NCBI GenBank assembly: GCA_965235115.1
Contig: OZ249436.1
Location: forward strand, 16,618,001 to 16,682,000
Direction: 5' to 3'
DNA: 64,000 bases
From: Laetmonice hystrix
Lineage: Eukaryota
The stretch's first letter is position 1; every line of letters starts with the position of its first letter. Below are positions 27,101 through 36,800 of the stretch, piece by piece. The position numbers were made by a program, and so were the translations under genes. Under the pieces are notes generated by a model. That model was given only the letters and a program-made list of their open reading frames with translations, did not search any database and had not been told where the DNA came from.

Positions 27101-28820
27101 AGGTAGATGTTCTTTGGCAACAAGCGAGGTCAGGCAACGGCTGCAGTCTGGTGACTGACGTCAAACTAACAACTACAGTCAGGTAGATGTTCTTTGGCAA
27201 CAAGTGAGGTCAGGCAACGACTGCAGTCTGGTGACTGACGTCAACGTAACAACTACAGTCAGGTGGATGTTCTTTGGCAACAAGCGAGGTCAGGCAACGG
27301 CTGCAGTCTGGTGACTGACGTCAAACTAACAACTACAGTCAGGTAGATGTTCTTTGGCAACAAGTGAGGTCAGGCAACGGCTGCAGTCTGGTGACTGACG
27401 TCAAACTAACAACTGCAGTCAGGTAGATGTTCTTTGGCAACAAGTGAGGTCAGGCAACGACTGCAGTCTGGTGACTGACGTCAACGTAACAACTACAGTC
27501 AGGTAGATGTTCTTTGGCAACAAGCGAGGTCAGGCAACGACTGCAGTCTGGTGACTGACGTCAAACTAACAACTACAGTCAGGTAGATGTTCTTTGGCAA
27601 CAAGCGAGGTCAGGCAACGACTGCAGCCCGGTGACTGACGTCAACGTAACAACTACAGTCAGGTCGATGTTCTTTGGCAACAAGTGAGGTCAGGCAACGA
27701 CTGCAGCCTGGTGACTGACGTCAAACAAACAACTACAGTCAGGTAGATGTTCTTTGGCAACAAGTGAGGTCAGGCAACGACTGCAGTCTGGTGACTTATG
27801 TCAACGTAACAACTACAGTCAGGTAGATGTTCTTTGGCAACAAGCGAGGTCAGGCAACGGCTGCAGTCTGGTGACTGATGTCAAACTAACAACTACAGTC
27901 AGGTAGATGTTCTTTGGCAACAAGTGAGGTCAGGCAACGACTGCAGTCTGGTGACTGACGTCAACGTAACAACTACAGTCAGGTGGATGTTCTTTGGCAA
28001 CAAGCGAGGTCAGGCAACGGCTGCAGTCTGGTGACTGACGTCAAACTAACAACTACAGTCAGGTAGATGTTCTTTGGCAACAAGTGAGGTCAGGCAACGG
28101 CTGCAGTCTGGTGACTGACGTCAAACTAACAACTACAGTCAGGTGGATGTTCTTTGGCAACAAGCGAGGTCAGGCAACGAATGCAGTCTGGTGACTGACG
28201 TTAAACTAACAACTACAGTCAGGTAGATGTTCTTTGGCAACAAGTGAGGTCAGGCAACGACTGCAGTCTGGTGACTGACGTCAACGTAACAACTACAGTC
28301 AGGTGGATGTTCTTTGGCAACAAGCGAGGTCAGGCAACGGCTGCAGTCTGGTGACTGACGTCAAACTAACAACTACAGTCAGGTAGATGTTCTTTGGCAA
28401 CAAGCAAGGTCAGGCAACGACTGCAGTCTGGTGACTGACGTCAAACTAACAACTACAGTCAGGTGGATGTTCTTTGGCAACAAGCGAGGTCAGGCAACGG
28501 CTGCAGTCTGGTGACTGACGTCAACGTAACAACTACAGTCAGGTAGATGTTCTTTGGCAACAAGTGAGGTCAGGCAACGACTGCAGTCTGGTGACTTATG
28601 TCAACGTAACAACTACAGTCAGGTAGATGTTCTTTGGCAACAAGCGAGGTCAGGCAACGGCTGCAGTCTGGTGACTGACGTCAAACTAACAACTACAGTC
28701 AGGTAGATGTTCTTTGGCAACAAGTGAGGTCAGGCAACGACTGCAGTCTGGCGACTTATGTCAACGTAACAACTACAGTCAGGTAGATGTTCTTTGGCAA
28801 CAAGCGAGGTCAGGCAACAA
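24175..28820 (+). repeat. Right 80-bp TIR-derived tandem array, about 40 units (14 + 26), interrupted by a hAT-like insertion
   Basis: GGTAGATG (or a variant) at 24193, then every 80 bp from 24274 to 25234 and from 26782 to 28782. Reverse complement of the left array. Degenerate units also near 23735, 28960 and 29160. Confidence 0.95.
25274..26735. mobile_element. Non-autonomous hAT-like element with 6-bp TSD (hAT6-like), nested in the right array
   Basis: 13-bp TIR CAGGGATGAAAGT/ACTTTCATCCCTG, TSD AACGAC on both sides and subterminal TCAGGAAATTT motifs. Removing it restores the 80-bp register exactly. Confidence 0.85.
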
Positions 28821-30389
28821 CTACAGTCAGGAGGGGAGTAAACCTGGCGGATCCAAGGGGGGAGCATTGGGGTCACGTGCCCACCCAGGCAAAACTGAGA
28901 CACCCCTTATTATTTCCTAGGAAATTAGGTATAGGCAAAGTAGTGATTTTAACTGGCGTGTTTTTTTGGCAACAAGTGAGGTCAGGCAACGACTGCAGTG
29001 ACTTATGTCAACCCATAGTACAGTTCTATGGTCAACCTAACAACTACAGTCAGGAGGGGAGTAGGGTTGGTAACACAACAACTGTATAGGCTATAATGCA
29101 GTCAGTTAGGCAACGTATTGATTTTAACTGGACTGATGTCAACCTAACAACTACGGTCAGGTAGATGGTTTTTTGGCCACAAGCGAGGTCAGGCAACGAC
29201 TGAAGTCTGGTGACTTACGTCAACCTAACAACTAGATCTACAGTCAGAAGCCGAGAAGGGGAGTGCAAAAGGTGAAGCCGGGGGTTCGGGTTGCTCGAAC
29301 CCCCCTCCCCCACCCAAAATTAATATAGATTGGCCTAATTATGGTTGGGACCGCCCCCGATCTCAGTTGGACCCCCCCATATAGGCCTACCCCAATCTCA
29401 GTTCTGCCTACATCCCTGGGAGTACGGGGTAATCTAATAAGTACGGTAGTTAGGCGAAGTATTGATTTTAAATGGACTGATGTCAACCTAACAACTACAG
29501 TCAGGAAGGGAGTATTGTAGGTAGGGGGCCTAACCTTACACTACCTACGGTAAGCTGCCGAGATATCTCGGTTGGAGGGAAGGAATCGCTTGGCGCAAGT
29601 AGATCTAAATGAGTAGGCCTATCACTGGGGAATCGGGGGGGGGGGGTCACATGGGGTCCGGCCCCTCCCTCTCCCTAAAATTTCGTGGCGCCTACGGCTG
29701 CTGATCATGCATGGCACCCGACGTCATTGTGTCTTTTGACATTGCCATTGGTCATTGAATAGCTTATTTTGTGCTCCAAAATGCATTAGATTTCACCAAA
29801 TGACACTTTGATTTTCAAAATTGTATTTTAGTGGGGCTTCGAAGTAGATCTACCCGCCCCCACCCCCTGGGACCAAACTCACACTCACTCTTGATCAGAT
29901 TAGGGCCTACCTTATGGAACAAACTATCTGTCCACATCAGAAAGTTAAGTGAGAAAAATGAATTTAAATCCGAAATTAAAAAATTTTAGGCCTAGATCTA
30001 TAGCCTACCAATCTCCTATAGGCCTGCATGTGTTTCTCTCTGATAATAATCGCTAAATGTGAAATGGATTAGATCTATGGTGGCTTACTTTGTTACAAGT
30101 TTGATTTTTAGATCTATATTTACTCTGTATGTAACGTAGGCCTAATTGTATTGTGAATATGAATTTGGATTCATTCTAAATGTAGGCCCTAATTATGTTT
30201 GTTGATTTCTAGGACCCAGGACCCGTAATCCTGGTTAAATATGGTCAATAAAAATTTAAGAAAAACTGCCTAACACACTGTAGCCTATACTCTTTTTTTA
30301 CCAGATTACTGGCAGATAATGAGTCAGTTAGGCCTAGGCTTAGCCGCGTGTTAAACAGCATAGATACGCCTAGATCTATGCCTATAATC

Positions 30390-30565
30390 AGGGGTGTAGC
30401 CAGGATTTTTTGAGGGGGGGGGGGGGTGCTTAGATCCGTGACAAGCGGAAACCGCGCACATGTGCCCGTCTTCATCATTCAAAATTCAATCTTTACTACT
30501 GGTGTAAGCCTGGGTGGGGGGGGGCGAGGACCCCCGAGCCCCCCCCCCCCCCTGGCTACACCCCT
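30390..30565. mobile_element. Short MITE (AGGGGTGTAGCCAGG TIR)
   Basis: 15-bp TIR AGGGGTGTAGCCAGG/CCTGGCTACACCCCT. Confidence 0.7.
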
Positions 30566-30844
30566 ATGCAGGCTATGCCTATGGTAAAATGCTGATGGAT
30601 GAAGATAACATGCCCCCAACACGTGGTGAATGCGGTATGAGGGAATTCCCAGTGACGTCATTATATGGTTTACTGGTCTTCTAATGTGAAGAGTTCCATT
30701 TGGGCGGAGCCTCGTGGGTGATTGGCACCAGACTCCAGTCGTTGCCTGACCTCGCTTGTTGCCAAAGAACATCTACCATGAAGGGAGCCTTTATTAGATG
30801 TGGCTGATAATTATTGTCTTTAAAGTTAGGAAACACTCCATACA

Positions 30845-33800
30845 ATGTCAAGGAAGCCCATCAAGGGCAAAGGTAACGCAATTGATTTCATCGAGTACCG
30901 GTAGATGTTATTTGGTCGTGTCCCGTCGCTCAAAATAGGAGGCCTGCCCTTCCTACACTGCTGCTACGCTAGTGCTACAGCCTACAGCACAGGCTACACC
31001 AGTCACACTCACTGACTTAGTATTTTGTTAGGCAGTGTAGGCCCCTATTTAGCCGGCAACGGCTTAATAAGATTGGGTATCTTAGTTTGACTAATCCAAA
31101 CGGATTGCTAGGGTTAGGGTCAGTCTTAGGGTTTTTATTTTTGTCTCAAATTGGGTGTTAATTGTTAATAGTCTGCTATTTTATTTAGCCATAGTACTGG
31201 CAGAGAGCCATTATGATAATTATCCAAAACGATTGAAGCCTAATGGTCACATGACCCCACCAAATGCCAGCTAAATATATCCTATGTTAGTATGAAGAGT
31301 AGGGGCCTTCCATAAGTTAAGGCCTTGATCTACTGCTGCGGCAGAGGACCGCAAGCGGCCGCAAGAGAACGCCTTGGGGTCGCTGCAGCATGACCGCAAT
31401 GCGACCACAAGGTAGCAGCAACACTTTTTTCACTGATTGACCAAAGCGGCTGCGTTGCACACAAGATGGCATATGCGTCGTCCGTTGTTCTGGTGACGTA
31501 ACAATGCCAATCTTCTGATTGGCTGGTTCCTTGCGGTTGAGCAAATCACGCCGCAAAATATCAAACATGCTAGATGCTGATCCACCAAAGCAGACACCTT
31601 GCGACTGCCCTGCCGCAAGCACGTCTGCAAGAGAATCGCAAGGAAATTGCAGCAGTGAATCAAGGCCTTTATGAGCAATTCTCAAAAGTAGCTTAGTACA
31701 AGGCCACCCCTTCTTAACATTCTCCTTTTTGGCTAAAAATCGTTAAACCAATTTCTAATGTGTTAAAAGTGTTAGGAGCAATTCATAAAGATGGCAAGTG
31801 TAGACAGTGAGCCTGTTAGACAGAGTATGCATCTCTGTACTACCGTATACAGAGACGGACGCCACTTAGTGCAAGTTCCTGGTGTGTTCGGTCAAATCAT
31901 TCGACCGCCATGAAAACCCCTCCCCTGCCCATATGTCTGGACTGAATATTGATAAACACGCTTAAAGTAACTTATCTCACTTATTTCCAAGTTTGGAAAG
32001 CATGACGAGACATAATAAGGGCAGCACAAAGTCTGGAATCAATGAATTTCACTCTCTGCCTATCGCGGCCATTTTGACCTCCCGGGTCAGGGAGTAGCCT
32101 GGTACCCTGCCTAACAGACGCGTCCGCTATGTTACGACATACGTAGAGCAGGGGACCTTGCTAGGTCAGAGAGATGCATGCTGGGACATAAACAGGCAAC
32201 AGAAGCCGCAGCTGTACGACACTTCGGAATTTGATGTTTTATCCTTAAAATGCTTGTCGAACCACTAAAAGAAGACGTGGCCCATGATAAATGGATGTCG
32301 GTGAGTTGATCGGTACATGAATTTGTGTTGCCAGTGACACACCAATTTTTAACATTGAGTGGGCGTAAGCCTCACTGGCTGAGGCTTACTACGTAGGCTA
32401 TGAGCCTGTGTATCAGACTGGGTGTCATATGCCTTGGCCACAACGCTGCCTGGCCCCTCCTCAAAAACCAGCCCCTGATGGTGGATTTTATGATCGCCCA
32501 CCATGATAGCAGCCTGGGTGGATTTTATGATCACCCACCATGATAGCAGCCTGGGTGGATTTATTGCCCACCTCGATGATAGTAGCCTGGGTGAATTTTA
32601 TGATCGCCCACCCCGATGATAGCAGCCTGGGTGGATTTCATTAATGCCCACCCCGATGATAGCAGACTGGGTGGATTTTATGATCGCCCACCCCGATGAT
32701 AGTAGCCTGGGTGGATTTTATGATCGCCCACCCCGATGATAGCAGCCTGGATGGATTTTATGATCGCTCACCCCGATGATAGCAGCCTGGATGGATTTTA
32801 TGATCAGCCACCCCGATGATACCAGCCTGGGTGGTTTTGTAAAAGCTCAGCCTAATGATAGCAGCCTGTTCTGGTATGGACCTAGCAAAATGAAATCATT
32901 CAGGTTTAGTTCAGTAATAAAGCTGATATGACATAAATTTCTCAACATTGTCAATTTCAGGCCATGCACCAGCAGGTGACCTGATTGCCTTAGGTAAGTC
33001 AGGCTTCAATATTGAGTTTTGTTTGACTTGCTTCAGAGGTCTGACATACTTAAAGAAAATGAAACAAAGTTTTGGGTACTTGATTCATTTTGCTATCTTG
33101 TATCGACAAATGTATGGCCTTCTACGAGCAGTTTCCATAGAAATGGTATTTACTGCAAAACTTTAATATATTTCCTTGAAATAAGCTCAGGATTTCCTCT
33201 GTTTAATAATTAGGATCTAAGGTTCGTGGGGCCGATGCAGAACCCAAGTTATTGCCATCTAAGAAGATCAGTCTGGCCCCAGTTGGAGCCAAGCGAGATG
33301 CCCCAGTCAGTAGTCAAAGTAGCCTTGCTGCCAAGAAACCCAAGGTGGGGCAACCATTTGCCCTCGGCCGGGCCGCTGAAGCAGAAAGCAGAAGTTCTCC
33401 TACTACACAACTACAGCAGTTTGAGGAAATTGCTAAAGAAGGTTTGGACCAAGTCTAATTAAACACCTCAATGTTTACTTTGTTAATAAGTCTGTATGAA
33501 GATTTTAGAAGCATAGCTTCAACATGTTTAAAAGTTGTATGGAGATAACCTTAACCACCACAACACTTGATTTTATTTCCATTTACTTTGAACAGTCGAG
33601 CCCCAAAATCTTCTCAATGCTATTCTTGATGCTGGTGAGGATGACGCCGAGATCGAGAAGCTGCTTTGTGGTGCAGTGCAGTACCTCAAGGTGAACAGGA
33701 TCAAACCGGACCCATCAATGTTTCTCACGCTCATGTTTCTAGCCAAGTCAAGACCCACCTTATTCCATGGTGAAGTTGTCATTAAGGTAAGTCAAAAAAA

Positions 33801-36800
33801 TGCCCTTTGAGTGATTAAATTTTAGACCAGCATCCATAACGAGTGCAGATATGCCTCCCTATCTTTACAATGATATTCAGAAAATTTTTGCCTTGAATGA
33901 ATGCATTAATGGAGTACCCTTTCTAACCATGCTTAAATGGCCAATATTGAAATCAGCGGAGAATATAATTTCGTAAATTTAACATCTTGCAGGCCTTCTG
34001 CAGTTTGTTAAAGCGTGATGTATCCCTCAACTTCAAGTCGAAGGGAAACCCTCTAGTGTCTGTTCTGACGTGCAATGTACTCATGGCAGCCTTTGCTGAA
34101 GAGATGCACTGGCCTGATGACTTTGTTATGGTAAGTTCTGGCCTGATGACTTTGTTATGGTAAGTACTGGCCTGATGACTTTGCTATGGTAAGTACTGGC
34201 TTGATGACTTTGTTATGGTAAGTTCTGGCCTGATGACTTTGTTATGGTAAGTACTGGCTTGATGACTTTGTTATGGTAAATACTGGCCTGATGACTTTGT
34301 TATGGTAAGTACTTGCAGCCTCCTATGGTATGTGTACTTTCATTTCAGTAAGTAATGTCATGAAATCAGTGTAGTTGACACAAATCCAATCTTGCGATAT
34401 CTTGTATTTTAATTTATTTGTTTATATGAACTTGATGATGTGTGTTCCTTTCGTAACTTGACAGTGCATGTTTTATTTGGACTTTCATGATGTGTTCTAT
34501 TCTTATCCTGACGTTGTGTATTTCAGGTATACCTTGACGATGGACTTGGAGAGAGAGTTTGGGTCGATCGACCAGACTGTAAAGCATTCGTTGACAACAT
34601 TGTCACTGGGTTTGGTACACACCTACCCAAGACCAGCATGTTGGCATTAGACCCAAGCAAGCCTGAACCAGCATCAGCAGGTATGTTACCACATTTTGAC
34701 ATGGTGTTCATTCTGTTAACACATTTTGACTTGTTAGGTGTTCGTCACATTGCCACATTTTGACGGGTTTTTTAAAGGAGCAAGTCCAAATCCCAGTGCC
34801 TGCGGTGAGGATGAGGAGCGTAGTTTGGAGTCTATGGAGAGTGGAGACAGGCCAGCTTCTGCTTTATCTGATGACACAGACACATATCCAGTCGTGAAAC
34901 GGTCAGTTATGTCTATCGTAACAGAACCTATTGCTGCTAGCAGCAGTACTGATTAAGTCATTGTGACCAGATGTAAGGCCATCTCCTTTTTGTAGCTATG
35001 CTTGCACTGTTAATGTTGTGAATAGTTTGGAGTGACCATTTTCTGTGAGTTTACTGTCCTCCCATGTGTTGTAAGCAATTCTCAAGAAAACCTGAATGGC
35101 AGAAAATCAGGTTACAGAGAACTGAGGTTAGGTTGAGAGTGTCAATTCAAGTTCTGACCATCTGGTGTTTTCCTTTCTCAGTTACACGTACCAGCAAGTT
35201 TCCATTGAGATGGAAGTAGTAGAAGTGATGAGAGAGCAGTTATCAAGACGCCAGGTCATGGACAGTGGGTCGCGTAACTTGGTGCGTGTCATGACAGCAA
35301 CATGTGCCTATAATGAGATCCGTATGGTGGCAGCGAGTCGTCTCGAGATGTGGTTACAGAACCCAAAGGTATTTGCCCAGTCCAACCTTGTGCTCAAATA
35401 TGTCCGGATTATTGCGATTCCTTCATTAGTATCATTAGTAAAAGCTTGCTACATGGTCCTGTGTATCTAGCATTATGTTTCCATTGACCTGGCAAGCACA
35501 AGAGCTTCTGGTGGTATAAACTGGCATTATGTATGTTTCAGCTAACCAGGCCAGCACAAGAACTCCTAATGGCACTATGTATGAACTGCGACCAGCACTC
35601 GCCTGCTGATGTTGAGGTCATGAGTCAACTTGCCAAGATACGCCTCAAGACCAAACCATTGGTCAACCATTACATTCTCGGCATCAGGTGAGAAACTGGT
35701 CTTGGTAATGGAGATTTTGATTTGGTTGCGGGTTTTATGCCTTCGCCACATATGGCACATATCATACCCTAGGGGGATTCAAACCGAGAGGGGAGTGGCG
35801 CTGTGGTCACAATCCAGAGGCTTAGACTACTGGGCCACTGAGGCCGCCCTGTTAGTGGACATGATCAAACCATTATGAGGGGATTGATTAGGGAATACCT
35901 TCTTTCAGCTGCTCGTAATTGTTTTAATTGAATAGATTTGACATGATGTGTCTGATTGTGGAGGCAGGTTAACTCAAGTTAACTCGGACATCCAATCAAA
36001 AGAAGTTTTTGTTTTGGCAGGGAACTGTTAAACCAACACCCTGACAACATGGGTACTCTGATGACCCACACCATCTACAATGAGCTGTCGACATCCCGCA
36101 ACCCTAACAACATGGCGTTAATAACAGTCATGTTCCAGCACAGTTCAGAGAATGCAGCAGGGGTAAAGAACCTGGACCTTTGTAACCATCCTCTAACAGA
36201 ATGTTTCTATCAAACATATCTCACGTTTGCTAAATAATGAGGTTGGTGTGGTCTTAGCTTATAAAAGGAAATTTGTACTAAATTTTCCATGTTTCAGTTA
36301 TTGGCAGAAATCTTCCAAGACCTACTGACAAATCGGGATGACTATCTGCGTGCACTGCGAACACTCCTGCGTGAAATTATGCGTGCAGTAAGGCATGACA
36401 TGAATTTCTCTGCATTTGCGCTGGGCTTGATGCAGGAACGAACTGAGCCTAAGTTCAGGAATATGGAACCACAGCACAAGGTCAGTAATGAAGTTCATTT
36501 TATGAGTAACTAAAGAAGATTACTTTTTCTAAATTATTCTTAAACTTTAAAAATGTAGTTTTTCACACAACCCATCATGAGTGACTGGTCCTGGGAATAG
36601 TAGCGGGTAAAGAGGCATTTTGTTAGAAAAGTAGAAAATGCCTTTAAGGTTAAAAGTAATTATTAAAGTGAGCCATATGGAGCCATGTTTGTCATCTAAT
36701 GTCTCGATTGTTTTAGGACCGCCTGCTGTTGTCGCTGACAGACCTTATATCCCAGACTGCCCTGCTAAGCGTCACTCCCAGTGTTCGTGAGGCCGCCTCC

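Larger units (their letters stand above)
13657..30777. mobile_element. 17.1-kb non-autonomous TIR element (9-bp TSD; Mutator/Foldback- or Merlin-like) with internal arrays of its own terminus
   Basis: 77-bp TIRs at 13657-13733 and 30701-30777 (GGTAGATGTTCTTTGGCAAC...GGCTCCGCCCA, one mismatch), flanked by the direct repeat ATGAAGGGA at 13648-13656 and 30778-30786. Confidence 0.92.

Noticed and set aside
14845..28820. 80-bp arrays as CRISPR-like repeat-spacer arrays
   Set aside because: The variable segment has only a few recurrent point variants, not unique spacers. The context is eukaryotic, there are no cas genes, and the unit derives from the TIR.
30778..30807. ATG in the right TSD as the INTS1 start
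   Set aside because: It stops after 9 codons. The ATG at 30845 splices in frame to the conserved GHAPAGDLIALG exon.
35715..35849. tRNA gene
   Set aside because: A and B boxes are present, but I could not form a convincing cloverleaf and there is an unrelated tail. Better explained as a SINE.
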